54,469 nucleotides of DNA from Chiloscyllium plagiosum (lineage: Eukaryota), in contig NC_057718.1 of the NCBI RefSeq assembly GCF_004010195.1, forward strand, positions 86,425,835 to 86,480,303, read 5' to 3'. Positions within the stretch are counted from its first letter, which is position 1. Each line of letters begins with the position of its first letter. The position numbers and the translations under genes are program-made. Shown here one piece after another: positions 37,260 through 49,891 of the stretch. The notes beneath the pieces are model-generated. The model had not been told where the DNA came from. It saw nothing but the letters and a program-made list of their open reading frames with translations, and searched no databases.

Positions 37260-37660
37260 AAGTTTGTGCGAAGATTTGTAGCTCGGGTGCTCGTTGTTGT
37301 GGTTCTGTTCGCCGAGCTGGAAGTTTTTGTTGCAAACGTTTCGTCCCCTGGCTAGGCGACATCATCAGTGCTTGGGAGCCTCCTGCGAAGCGCTTCTTTG
37401 ATGTTTCCTCTGGTGTTTATAGTGGTCTGTTCCTGTCGCTTCCGGTTGTCAGTTTCAGCTGTCCGCTGTAGTGGTTGGTATACAGGACACTATTCAAAAG
37501 GTTTGTTGATGGAGTTTGTGGATGAATGCCATGCCTCTAGGAATTCCCTGGCTGTTCTCTGTCTGGCTTGCCCTATGATAGCAGTGTTGTCCCAGTCAAA
37601 TTCATGTTGCTTGTTGTCTGCGTGTGTGGCTACTAAGGATAGCTGGTCGTGTCATTTCGT
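37260..37660 (-). mobile_element. Penelope-like 3' fragment in IYD intron 4
   Basis: GIY-YIG C-terminal remnant (REFLEAWHS-type) plus terminal hammerhead; homologous to 38165-38650. Confidence 0.8.
37332..37371 (-). ncRNA. Minimal hammerhead ribozyme motif with intact core
   Basis: Minus strand GCA-CTGATGA-T-GTCGCCT-AGCC-AGGGGAC-GAAAC-GTT-TGC: 3-bp stem I, stem II, palindromic AACGTT stem III. Confidence 0.72.
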
Positions 37661-38164
37661 GTTCCATTTATATCGTTTATTGATTTATCTCACTGGGTTT
37701 CAACCTCATTAAATGATTACCTTGTACTAAGATGGTGCTGTTAATGGAGACATTGAAAACTCCTGTATCCCTGCACTTGAGAACACGTGTCAATGACACC
37801 TCATTTTAAATTGAGTTGCTGTTTCACTAGGAGCCACTCCAGCTGGGAATTGATACAACGCACTTGACGTTGTTTCGTCATTGAAACCAACTATCACAAA
37901 TCTACAAATTGCCATTTGTTAATGAGTCCAAAGGTTTACAGAGAGGAGGCTACTATAGGGTCTTGTTAGTGTACTGGTAGAGGTAGTGCTGTTGAAGTCT
38001 GGGTCCAAGCCCCACTGGCACAAAGGGTCATATCATAACATGTCCGAGCAGACTGGTTAAAAATAAAACCCTGCGATTATTTCCCCTCTGACCTGCACTC
38101 ACCAACCTGCACTAGTTTGTGGACAGACAAGAATAATGTCACTGGACAAGTAAACAGAGACACA

Positions 38165-38650
38165 GGTTCAAGTTGTAGTTTTGCTCACTGAACTGGAAGG
38201 TTGGTTTTCAGATGTTTTGTCACCATGCTATGTAACATCATCAGTGAGCACCCAGTGAAGCGCTGTTGTTATGTCCCGCTTTCTATTTATGTGTTTTGGT
38301 TTCTTAAGGTAGGTGACATCATTTCTGGTTCTTTGTCTTAGAGGTAGGTAAATGGGGTCCAAATTGGTGAATTTATTGATGGAGTTCCGGTTTGAATGCC
38401 AGGTCTCTGGGAATTCCCATGCGTGTCTCGGTTTAGCTTGTCCTAGGATGGATGTGTTGTCTCAGTCGAAGTGGTGTCCTTGTTCGTCTGTATGTAAGGA
38501 TGCTAGTGATACTGAGTCATGCCTTTTGGTGGCTAGTTGGTGTTTGTGTATCGTGGTGGCTAGTTTTCTGCCTGGCTGTCCGATGTAGTGTTTGTTACCG
38601 TTCTTGCAGGGTATTTTGTAAATGACATTCATTTTGCTGGTTGTCTGAAA
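38165..38650 (-). mobile_element. Penelope-like fragment (GIY-YIG)
   Basis: NVIYKIPCKNGNKHYIGQPGRKLATTIHKHQLATKRHD; decayed hammerhead near 38210-38245. Confidence 0.85.
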
Positions 38651-41359
38651 ACAAACCTTCCAGCTTAATGCACAAACCTCAACCTGAGCTACAACTCTTT
38701 TCAAACATCGCAGGGACACAGGTGCATTTTTCACCGTGGTTGTTGCTGGAACTTAAGGGTGATTGTACCTGAATGCCTGCCTCTCTTTGGTGGTTATGCC
38801 TGTTCCTGAGCGCCCGTGGAGGAGGATCTTACTCCATCTGCCAGCATCCTCCTGACCTTCCACAACCAGTGGACAGACATGGCAATGGAGTGTATGATCA
38901 CTCCTCCAAATAATATGTAAATTTGAGAAGGTTCCTTTGAAATTTTGATATGATTATAGTGCCACTAAGTGGCTGTCAATTCCAAGATTTGGCTATGACG
39001 TTCATTTAAAATAATAGAGGAGGATACTATACTCGGTACCTTGTAATGCAGTAATATTGTCCTGACTTCAGGGCCAAGAAGCTCCAAGTTCAAGCCTCAC
39101 CTCAGGATGTAATGGCTGAGGAGGTGCGTCATAACATGTTAATGAAAAATAAATTACACTGGGTCCATGTTCAAGTCCATCTGCTCTGGAGTTGTGTCAT
39201 AACATGTTCGAACAGGTTAATTAAAAATAAATTACAGTAAATGTTTTATTATCCAGCACTTATGGAACCAGGAATGTGCTATTTGATCAAATATTCTGGA
39301 TAATTAAGAGGTCCATATAATCAATGTAAAAACACACACCAAACAAGAGAAACACAATGCAGGGGCTGTACACACTGTTATGCATTATTTACAGTATAAA
39401 TCACTTCAATAATAATGCAACTTTGCCTTAAATAAAACTTACTGGCAGCGAGCCTTCTCACCCACACCTTCAACTGACTACTCAGATATCGTGGTGGATT
39501 GGGATATTTGAAATTGAATTAATTGTTGATACTTCATGTGGCCACTCAATTGAGCAACAAGTATATTTACATCAAGGTAAATATATTAAATAAACTGTAA
39601 TAAATGGACAGATTAAGAGAGTAAACTTTGTGGTATTGAGGCACAAATTTTTGCTGGTTTATCAAAAGTGACAGTTCATTCAGGTGCCAGTTAAGGTTTG
39701 CTGCACTTTGAGTCTGAAGGTTCACGTCCCAACTATCCTGAAGGTGGTCATAACATGCCTAAGCACAATCTTTTCTTTTTAGGAGGAGGCCACTACACAA
39801 CAATGATGTTCTTGAAGATTGATGTATTTGTCCTTTCAAGCTGTGGCTCAGTGATAAAACTTCTTATTCATCCATGGAAAGTTAATGTAGCTGGAAAGGC
39901 CAACATTTATTACCCATCCCTAATCCACACACTGTGCTGTTCGTGGTCCTTTTGGAACCCAAACTGAGCATAAGTGAGCCAGTTATTGATGAGCGGGTGC
40001 CACTTAAAAGCCAATGATACAATCCATCATGTTACCAATGATTGAGCTAAATGGTCAGACTGGCTCTGTTCAGCCTTATAGGGACAAGGTATACTTAGGC
40101 AACTTCCACATTTTTTTGCACTGCTCATGGGATGTCAGTCTCTCTGGCTATATCAGCATTTTTTGGTCATCCTAAATTGCCCAAGTCAACCACATTGCTG
40201 TGGGTCTGGACTCATTTACAGGCCAGACCAGGTATGTATGACAAATTTCCTTCCCAAAAGGCCATCAGTGATCCAGATGGGCTTTTACAATCATTGACAG
40301 TAGTTACATGGTCACCAATAAAATAGCTTTTTATTCCAGATTTTCCTTTTTAAATTGAATTCAAGTGTCACATCTTTCACGATGGCATTCAAATCTATAA
40401 CTCCCCACCCTCCAAGAACATTAGCCTGGAGTTCTGAACCATTAATCAAGTGTCATTGTCAATACATGACTGCCTTCCTCCTTTGTTGGGTGAGTCCCAG
40501 TATTATTGCTGAGATGGGTCAGTGCTACTGGTTACCTGCATGGCTGGTCCTGAAGCACGGGTTTCAGCACCACATTCCATTCGACAATGTGTGCCAAGTT
40601 GAACAGGAAATCATAGACCCTCCAGCTTTAGGGGAATAGAAAGTTGCAATACAAGGTCATTATCTCAGAGGGCACTTCAATATGGAGTCGTCCTTGAGGG
40701 AGTGAATAGATGCAGTCTTTAACTGCATGCCTACCAATGCTGGCAGGGCAAGTTGTGAACTGTGTGGAACACAGACACCTGGCCTGCTGCTGGCTACTTG
40801 CCTAGTGTTGTGTTGGGGGAACTGGAAAATCACAGCCTACTTTAACTGAGTCTAACAGAGCGCTTGCTGAGTCTAATTGGTGCCTACCTCCTCGGTACTT
40901 GTAGGCCAGAGAGGCCCTTTGCCCAGCTTGGTAAAAATGGTCAATGGAGGTAATGTCGTCAGAAAGCCAAAGCTGGTATTTTTAGATTCCCGTCCATCCA
41001 TGTTCCCAGTATCAACAGGCCTCAAAATTTCACTCCCCAGAGGTTTCCATTAATAATGGTTTCTAACTTTCATGATTTTCTTTAATGGTGGAGTGTAAGT
41101 GTTTATGTCTTTCCATGAATAATAAGTTCAGTCTGTCTCATCATTTATAATGGGTTCCAGCTCCAAATCTTTCCAAAATCAGAAGATTTTGATGGAATAC
41201 AGCCCCTTTGTCTGAATGAATAAAGCTCTAACAACACTGAAAAAACATGATCCACATGATTAACTCCCAGTCACTATCTTAAACCATCACTTCCTTCAAC
41301 ATTGGTATCTCATGGCAGAAATACAAGATCTACAAAATTTGCCAAGGTTCCTTTGACAG

Positions 41360-42185
41360 CATAGTGGACAGTGTTTATCGAAGATTGATCAACTGGGTCA
41401 ATGGGCTAAAGAGTGGCAGATGGAGTTTAATTTGGATTTATGTGAGGAACTGCACTTTAGTAAAACAAACAAGGGCATTAAAAGTACGACCTTGAGTAGT
41501 GTTGTAGAACAGAGAGACCTCGGAGTTCTTTGAAGTTTGCATCACATGTAGGTCAGGAGGTGTTTAGTATGCTTGCCTTCAATGCTCAGACCTTACAGTA
41601 AAGTAGTTAGGACTTTCTGTTGTGATTGTACAGATGTTGGTGAGGCTTTTTCTAGAATACTGTCTCCTGTTAAAGGAAGGATGTTACTAAGCTGGAGAGG
41701 GCTCCGAAGCGATTTAGCAGAATGTTGCTGGAAATGGAGGGAATGACTTATAAGGAGAGTCTGGCTAGGCTGGAACTTGCTTCACTAGAGCGGAGGAGGT
41801 TAAGGGGTGACCTTTGAGGTTTACAAAATCATGCAGGGTAAAGATAAGGTGAATGGCAGGTGTCTTTTCCCTAGGGTAGGGAATTTCAAGATAAGGGGGT
41901 AATATTTTAAGGTAAGAGGAGAAAGATTTTTTAAAAAGACATGAGGCGCAATTGCTTTTTACACAGAGAGTGGTTCATAGTGGAATGAATTTCTAGAGGA
42001 AGTGGGTTGCGGACACATTTACAATGTTTAAAAGACACTTAGGGAAGTACATGAATAAGAAATATTTAGAGGGATATGGGCCAAGTGCAGGCAGGTAGGA
42101 CTAGTTTAGTTTGGGATTATAGTCAGCATGAACTGGTTGAATTGAAAGTTCTGTTTCCGTGATATGTGAATTCATAACTCTACCT
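41360..42185 (+). mobile_element. Degenerate CR1 3' portion
   Basis: Homologous to 34220-35580. Confidence 0.75.
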
Positions 42186-42519
42186 ATGAAACCCACAACC
42201 TCTGCCATCTAGAAAGACAAGGGTAGCAGGTGCATGGTACAGGTTTCCCTCCAAGTCACGTATCACCTTGACCTGGAACTACAAGTTCCCTCATTGTTGC
42301 TGGTTCAAAAAGCTGGAGTTCCTTCTCTGATGTCACTGTGGGTGCACTCCGCATGGACAGTGACACTTCCAGAGACAGCTCACTTGCATTCATGGGCAAT
42401 AAGATTGTCTGGAATGTGTGCAACTGGCACACATCACCAATTGTCCAGGTCTTGCTGCAAATGGCCACAGACTGCTCCAGTATGAAGTGTTGTAAAAGGC
42501 ATGGAAAACTGTGCAAGCA

Positions 42520-43900
42520 GTAGGGGCCATTCCACTTATGATGGAGAGAAGGTTCTTGAGGAAGCAGCTGAAGATGGCTAGGCCTAGGGATTCCTGAAGA
42601 AAGTTCTGGGCCAAAGATGATTGACCTCTAATACCAACCACCATCTTAATTTGTTCTAGACTTGCTTGCAATCAATGAAGAATTTTCCTTGATTCATTGG
42701 ACTTTATCTTTGCCAGAGTTCTTTGATGTCACACTGGCGCCTTGATGTTAAGGGCAGTCACTCTCACCTCTGGAGTTCAGCTCTTTCATGTATACTTGAA
42801 CCAAGGCTGTTTTGACATTTACAGGGAGGATGTGTGTATGGGTAGCATAACTATACAGCTTTGATCTGACCCATCAGTTGAGAGGATTTCTTTAAATATG
42901 TCCATCAATCGCATGCTGCTTCCTCTACCTAGATTGCGAGCAGTCCTGTCTTTACTTTGACCAGGCTGACATCTTATTTTTGGTTTGACCTCTCTTGAAA
43001 AGCTCTTCCACAGCACTCGCTGAACCTTGGTTTATCCCCCAGTTTGGTGACAATGGTAGAGTTAAGGATATGCTGGAACACAAGGTTACAGACTGTGGTT
43101 AGCTGCTATTCTGCTGTAGCTGCTAATGGCCCCTGGAGTTGATTGAGTGCCCAGTATTTGAACTGCTAGGTTTACTCTGAAACTATCCCATTTAACATAA
43201 TTGAAATACCACCCAACATGAGGGTAGGCATCCTTAATGTGAGCTGATATTTGATCTGCACAAGGACTTTGTGGTGGTCACTCTCCTATCAATATTGTCA
43301 TGGATCAGCAACAGATGGATTAGTGAAGATGGGGTCAAGAAGGGGCTTCCTTTCGTTCTTTCTTTTACCACCCGCCATGGGTCCAGTCTGGTAGTTATAC
43401 ACTTCAAAACTCATCCAGCTTGGTCAATACTGGTCATGCCAATGGAGCCAGTCTTGGTGAAAGACATCAAAGTTCTCCACCCAGAGTAGATTATATGCCT
43501 TGATTAGTATGCATACATCTTCCATGTAATATTCAACATGGAGGAGTAATGATTCTTCATATTGATGGAGGGTGTTGGTAACAATCAGCAGGACTTATTT
43601 TTGCCCGTGTTTTACATGAGGCCATGAGATTTCAATGGGTCTATAGTCAGTATTAAGGATTCCCAGGACAACTCCCAAGCGACTGTGTGTAGCATGCCAA
43701 TGCCCCTGGTGGATCTGTCTTGCTCTGGATCAGGACAAATCCAAGGATGATGCTAAAAGAGTCTAGAATACTGGTTCTACTCGATTCAATCAGTATGACA
43801 ATGTGAGGCTGTTGCTTAACTGGTCTGCAGAACAGGTTTGGCACAAATCTTTGAATATTAGTGAGGAAAAGTTTGTAGGGCTGACTGGGATGAGTATGCT
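42520..43900 (-). mobile_element. Highly degenerate CR1/L2-type LINE body
   Basis: Colinear similarity to 7010-7320 and 7900-8170. Confidence 0.6.
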
Positions 43901-44197
43901 CAAGTTGAGGTTACAATTTGCAATTTGCAGGATGAGTTTTGGGAATTATTTCCAAAGGAGATTGCTAGCACTTCTGACTTGGTTTACACTGGGAAGTGGC
44001 ATCTATTAACTCTAACGTTCTCCAATTTTTCTCATATCTGCAGTCACACTTTAAACAAGTTCATGTTCCCTGTGAGATATATCAGCTGCTTAGAGGTAGC
44101 AGTAGCGATTGCATTGGGAGGAGAGTCTGTAAAAATAATAATTAATTCTGTCGAACCTATTCACTTCAACCATAGTATGTTACATTATCAGGATTAC

Positions 44198-44351
44198 CTG
44201 CAGAGCTGCCAGGAGAATACCACAGGAAATTGAAACACTGATCTCATTGTAATAATGGGTCTTCTTGCCAGTGGGTAGGATTCCATAAATTTGTTTAAAT
44301 ACAAGGATGAGATAGGGTGCAGTGTCAAGGTAGGGTTTAATCCAGTGTGTC
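44198..44351 (-). CDS. IYD: Iodotyrosine deiodinase, coding exon 4 (154 nt; not in the ORF track)
   Basis: Manual translation: (R)[51 protein letters not shown]; tttttgtag acceptor, gtaatc donor, phase 2/0. Confidence 0.93.
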
Positions 44352-44569
44352 CTACAAAAAGGAGAACAGTAATATGTACCTTATATAGCTTCAGTCACAA
44401 GCATTGACAGTACCATGACATATAAGCCTGAGGGCTTAGACTTAATTTTATTTATACAGGAGAGATTCTTCTAATCAGTAACCGCAAACAAAATCAAACA
44501 GTATGAAAAGACTGCAAACCTCAAAACTTTACAATTCTTAAGAGTTCCTTGAAATCTGATTGCATTACA

Positions 44570-45205
44570 ATCATTGAATCAATATTCTGGGCTTTACCTT
44601 TGACCAGAAACTGAACTGGACTCACCACACGGTGACTCATTTGTGGGTACAAGAGTAGGTCAGGGACCAGGAATTCTGCACCAACGTATCTCTTGACTTC
44701 CCCAAACCTGTTCACCATTAACAAGGCACAAGTCAGAAGTGTGATGGAATACTTCCCACTTATGTGGATGAGTATAGCTCCAATGACACTCAAAAGACTT
44801 GAGACCAGCCCACCTGACTGGCACCACATTCACAAGCATCCACTCCCTCCACCATTGACACTCAATAGCAGCAGTGTGTGCCATCTACAAGATGCACTGC
44901 AGAAATTCACAAGAAGATCCTCAGACAACATCCCCCAAACCCACTAACACCAAAAAGGGCAACAGATGCATGGGAACACTACCCCTCAAATTTCCCTCAA
45001 ATCCACTCACAGTCCTGACTGGGAAATATATTGCCGGTCCTTCGCTGTCACTGGATCAAAATCCTGGATTTCCCTCCCTGACAACATTGAGAGTTTACCT
45101 ACAGCACATGGACTGCAGAGTTCAAGAAAGCAGCTCATCACCACTTTCTCAAGGACAATAAACACTGAGCCAGCCAATGACCCACATCTCACGAGTGTAT
45201 TGAAA
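44570..45205 (+). mobile_element. CR1/L2-type LINE 3' end
   Basis: LFTINKAQVRSVMEYFPLMWM; reverse complement of the family at 5980-6680. Confidence 0.75.
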
Positions 45206-46279
45206 ATAATCTGTCGAAATTTTAAACTATTTTATGTCAGTTTACCAGATAGTTGTGACATTTTTAGAAAGCTGTTCCTGTGCTATCAGAACCAAACAGC
45301 ACAGAAAGTAATCATTCAATACATCTTGTTTGTTTGGTCTCTTTGAAATTTATCCTATTATTTCTACATTTCCCCTGATCTTTCCCCATAACCATGCAAA
45401 TTTATTCATTCAAGTATGCCTTTTTAAAAATTTGTTTATACCACATTTTCAAGATGACCATTCCCAGATTGTGTATAAAGAAATATCTTCCACTCCCACC
45501 ACCAACCCAGCTTCTTCACTCATTTACTTGAGGATTTCTGAATGATCAATTCACAACTAATTTTATTGACTTTAACTGAAGGTTTAGGGGATTTATTTAA
45601 GTGTCATGGTATCAAAGCCACATTTCCACTAGATCTCGCTGCCACCCCAGCCTCAGAGGTAAAGGTAATCGCTTTTCGACATGTGCTCAAAATGTGAAGT
45701 GTGGAAATCTCTATTCAATTAGTGCAGGGGGAATCTCCTCAATTCCTGCTGGTACATCAGGTCCACGCTCCTTTGGGCACGAGTTTTGGGAAGGGGAGGC
45801 AAGTAAAGTCTTTTCATGGATCTGCTCCTCAATTTGGTCAAGATGTGGAACTATGGATCCAGTCATGAGGGGGACTGTGTAGCTCTGGTTGCCTGACTCT
45901 TTACTGCAGGGTTGTGAATGGCACTAAATGGAAGCATGCAGTACCAGCAGTGTACTCAGGGCAGGGATATCCATGACCAATGGATACTACACTGTGTCAA
46001 CCAGCAATAATCAGTAAGGTGACATTTGGATTCTGTTGTTTCATCACTTTAAGCATGTTCTAGTTTAATCAGACCATCTGTTTTGATGCCATTAATGGTA
46101 TCCTTGAAGGGACAATGGACAGTATTGGCCCAACTCAATGCCTCCAAATTAGAAGAGTGTGGGTTGAAATATTATTTCAGCGATCTGAACGCAAATTGTA
46201 AACCAACACGGAGGAAATTCTGCACTTGTGGGTGTGCCATCTTTCTGTTGGGTCACTTAACTGAACATATTCCAATCAA

Positions 46280-46356
46280 GGCTTTTGCCCGAAACATCGA
46301 TTTCGCTGCGCCTTGGATGCTGCCTGAACTGCTGTGCTCTTCCAGTACCACTAATC
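46280..46356 (+). mobile_element. 77-bp Penelope-terminus insertion with 14-bp TSD
   Basis: CATATTCCAATCAA at 46266-46279 and 46357-46370; insert starts within hammerhead stem II (GGCTTTTGCCCGAAAC). Confidence 0.85.
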
Positions 46357-46405
46357 CATATTCCAATCAATTATTGAATGGATCTCATCATGCGATTGGA
46401 CATAC

Positions 46406-46565
46406 CTCATTTGTTTTAAGTCAGAGACCCATTTCTTCCCCATCCTCTTCTTATAGTTAACCTCTTCTTCCTCCTCAATGATTTCACGAATTCGATGTTT
46501 TGTTTCTGGGTCTTGTACAACTACAAAGGTCCAGGGCTCTGTATGTGCTCCACTTGGAGCAGTAC
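46406..46565 (-). CDS. IYD: Iodotyrosine deiodinase, coding exon 3 (160 nt)
   Basis: [54 protein letters not shown]; taaag acceptor, gtatg donor; phases fit neighbouring exons. Confidence 0.95.
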
Positions 46566-46883
46566 CTTTAAGAAAGCAGGAAATTGTCTGATTTAATGAG
46601 GCCATTGTTAACCATGTCAACGTACCGTCACGGACTATTACAGCACAGGAAGCCATCATTTGGCCCACTGTAGCTGTGGCAGCTCTTTAAAGCCATCGGA
46701 ACAATCTCACTTCCCTGCATTTTCTTCACAGCTTACAAATGTCTCCTTTTCAAGTGTGTATCCAATTCTGCTTTCAAAGATATTCGTGATTATGCTTACA
46801 TCATCCTTTCAGGGCAGTTTATTTGCCAGAATGATTCACTATGGGAAAAAGAAATCTCTTTTGGCAGGTACTTTAATCAAGTT

Positions 46884-47254
46884 GGGGCGGCACGGTGACT
46901 CAGTGGTTAGCAATGCTGCCTCACAGCACCAGGAACATGGGCTTGATTCCAGCTTCGGGCTACTATCTGTGTAGAGTTTGCACATTCTCCCAATGTCTGC
47001 GTGGGTTTCCTCCAGGTACCCCGGGGGGGAGTTCCTACCACAGTCCAAAGATGTGCAGGTTAAGGGAACTGGCTATGCTAAAATGCCCATAGTGTCCAGG
47101 GATGTGCAGCCTAGGCGGATTAGCCATGGGAAATGCAGGGTTAAAGAGATAGAGTGGAGGGATGGGTCTAGTGGGATGCTCTTTTGGGGGGAGTATGTGG
47201 ACTTCATGGGCCGAATGGCCTGCTTCCATACTGTAGGCATTCTATGATTCTATG
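46884..47254 (+). mobile_element. tRNA-derived SINE (HE1-like)
   Basis: Same head, body and tail as 28103; ends ttctatgattctatga. Confidence 0.85.
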
Positions 47255-48543
47255 AAATCAAGTATCTAAGGTTTCAGCCCTTCTACCGACAATAAGGTTC
47301 TTCTGTACAATGTCTACAATAAATATTGTCACCAATTCAGGCACTGTAGCATTCTCCCCAACTATCAGAATGATTCTCTAGCTGTTTCCTGTAAATCAGG
47401 AGCTCCCCTGGAAACAATTACAATTTACTCGCAACAAAAACTGAAGTTGCTGGAAAAGCTTAATAGGTCTGGCAGCATCTGTGCAGAGTATTCAGAGTTA
47501 ATTTTTCAGGTCAAGGAAGCCTTCCTCAGAGTTGATGGTAGCTATGAAAATGTTAGTTTATATGAAGAAGACAGGATGGAGGGAGAGAGTAAGGTGTAAA
47601 ACAGTAGGTGGCTATAGTGCCCACAGATGGAGAAGAACAGTTGGACAGACAAAGAAGTGGACAATGATTGGGCTAGAAGGATGCATACCTATTAATGGAC
47701 GCTGTTAGTGGCTAACAATGGGTTATGTGTAATAGTATGTGATAACAAGGCCTGGTGTGTGAATGTCGGGGTAAGGACTTGGGAGGGCTCAAGCTCTAAA
47801 GTTATTGAACTTGATAGAGTCCAGAAGGCTGGAGGGTTCTTTAAGCTTGAGCTTTGCTTCGCTGGAGTACTACAGCAAGCCTGAGGTAAATCAATCTCTT
47901 AAAACTATATTTGCCAAAAATGTTTATATTCCGTGGAGAGGCTACTGTCCCTGTCCAGTCTTCACAAGGCCTTGAATTCCCTTGATGTTTAAAGGATCAA
48001 GATAAACCAGTCTCCTGTAGATCCATACTGATATACTCACCTCTGAGCCACAAATGTGGATCAGAGACCCTGTTCAGAAACTGGAGTACACTGTCCAGGA
48101 TGACATTAGTGCAGCCATGTAAGACGCAAACCTTTCAGAAGAGATATTAATTTGAAGTTCTGTCTGTTCTCTCAGGTAGACAAAAAAAGATATGCAGGTG
48201 ATACTTTGAAGAAAAGCAGGAGAGTTCTCCCTCTGTCCTAGCCAATCTGCATCACTCAACCAACACTGTTAATACAGCACCCCCACAGCTGTTAATGGAA
48301 CTCTGACCAAATTGGCTGCTGTGTTTCCGACAGTCGTAACATTTCAAAAACATTTAATTGGCTGTAAAGCATTTTTGGGGTTTCTGTAACGTTTGTTTGG
48401 ATTCATGTTGAACTGAGAAATAAATCGATCATTGCATAGATACTTGCTGGCACTCGACACTTTGAAAACAAAAACTGATATTTTCCCTCAAAGCGTCTCA
48501 TTTTTCCCTGTTGATCTGCAAATGGCCGACTAACAGACAAGGT

Positions 48544-48810
48544 AGATCAGCAGAAGGCTGGGAGAACACAGCAAGCTGGGCAGCATCAGGAGGTGGAGAA
48601 GTCGATGTTTCGGGTATGACCCGACTTCAGGATTGGGGTTGGGTGTAAGGGGAGTTGCAGGTCTCCTTACACCCACCCCCAGTCCTGAAGAAGGGTTACA
48701 CCCAAAATATCAACTTCTCCACCTCCTGATGCTGCCTGGCTTGTTGTGACCTCCCAGTCTCCTGCTTGTCTACCTTGGATTCCAGCACCTGCAGGGTTTT
48801 TTTTGCCTAA
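48544..48810. mobile_element. Palindromic hammerhead mini-element with 13-bp TSD
   Basis: TAACAGACAAGGT at 48531-48543 and 48811-48823; ~110-bp inverted arms, each with a decayed CTGAAGA..GGGT..ACCC..GAAAC. Confidence 0.85.
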
Positions 48811-49114
48811 TAACAGACAAGGTCTAATCTACAGAGATTGTCCAGCCAGCTTCCAACCTAACCCTGAGAGTAAGGTGATCCACAGCCTGTCTTTCAACCA
48901 CATTAGAGTGATTGTAAAATTCCCTGATCTGTTTACTCTTTGCTGGTTTAATTTGAATAGAAGTTTATTTTACATGGCACTTCCAGAAGGGTAGTACCTA
49001 CAAGATAGGAAAAGGTCTGAGCAATGTTGCAGCCAGTGAATTCTCAGAATAGCAGTGCACTTCATTTTAAATTCAGCATGTAAGAGAGTGAACATGCAAG
49101 TCCCAACAGTTGAG

Positions 49115-49580
49115 GAACAGGAAGGGAACGAGACCATGGAAAAGAAGGGAATGTGGAAAGAGGGAAAGAGGACAGAAAGGAAGGAAGGGCAGAGGGATAG
49201 AAGAAAGAAGTGGGAGGTAAAGGAATGAAGGGGGGCAAGAGCAATNNNNNNNNNNNNNNNNNNNNNNNNNNNNNNNNNNNNNNNNNNNNNNNNNNNNNNN
49301 NNNNNNNNNNNNNNNNNNNNNNNNNNNNNNNNNNNNNNNNNNNNNNNNNNNNNNNNNNNNNNNNNNNNNNNTGAGGCCAGATATCGGGGGAAAAGGATGG
49401 AGAGAGAGGTAGCAAGGAAAGGAAAGAAGGCAGGAAACAGGATGGAAGGATAGGATAGAAAGCAAAGAGGCAGGAGAGACAGAAAGTAGCAATAGCCAGG
49501 AAGAATGGAGGAAAGAAGGTGAGAAGGAAGAAGAATAGAGGAAGACCACACGATTTGTAGTAGGAAGTGAAGGGGAAGTG
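49115..49580. repeat. Purine-rich (GA/GGAA) low-complexity tract spanning a gap
   Basis: Strong A/G strand bias. Confidence 0.8.
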
Positions 49581-49702
49581 AACCTTACATCCTCGGGATG
49601 TCCAACAATGACAGGTAGCCAATTAATCATTTGAAACTCGCTGCTGTGGAATGCTGTTGAATTTCCAGCTTCTTGTTTTGTCAGAGCTGTAACTGGTCAT
49701 AC

Positions 49703-49891
49703 CTGCTGTCCTAATGACGCTGTCAATCACCTCCCTGGGCACTGCTTCCTCACTGATAAAGCGGACACTCCTTCGTGCATTCATCAGTTGGTAAAACTCA
49801 TTGGCTCTGCGGATCATTTCATCCTCTGAATAACGCTGTGATGAATATGGAATATGCTGCACCTCAGGTTCATCATTAAGAAAACTCTCAG
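49703..49891 (-). CDS. IYD: Iodotyrosine deiodinase, coding exon 2 (189 nt)
   Basis: HIPYSSQRYSEDEMIRRANEFYQLMNARRSVRFISEEAVPREVIDSVIRTAG, including the nitroreductase-fold RRSVR FMN motif; ttccag acceptor and gtatga donor, phase 1/1. Confidence 0.93.

Noticed and set aside
48970..49630. Hydrophobic Phe/Leu/Ser/Pro ORFs resembling membrane proteins
   Set aside because: Reverse strand of a purine-rich low-complexity tract, open in all three frames.
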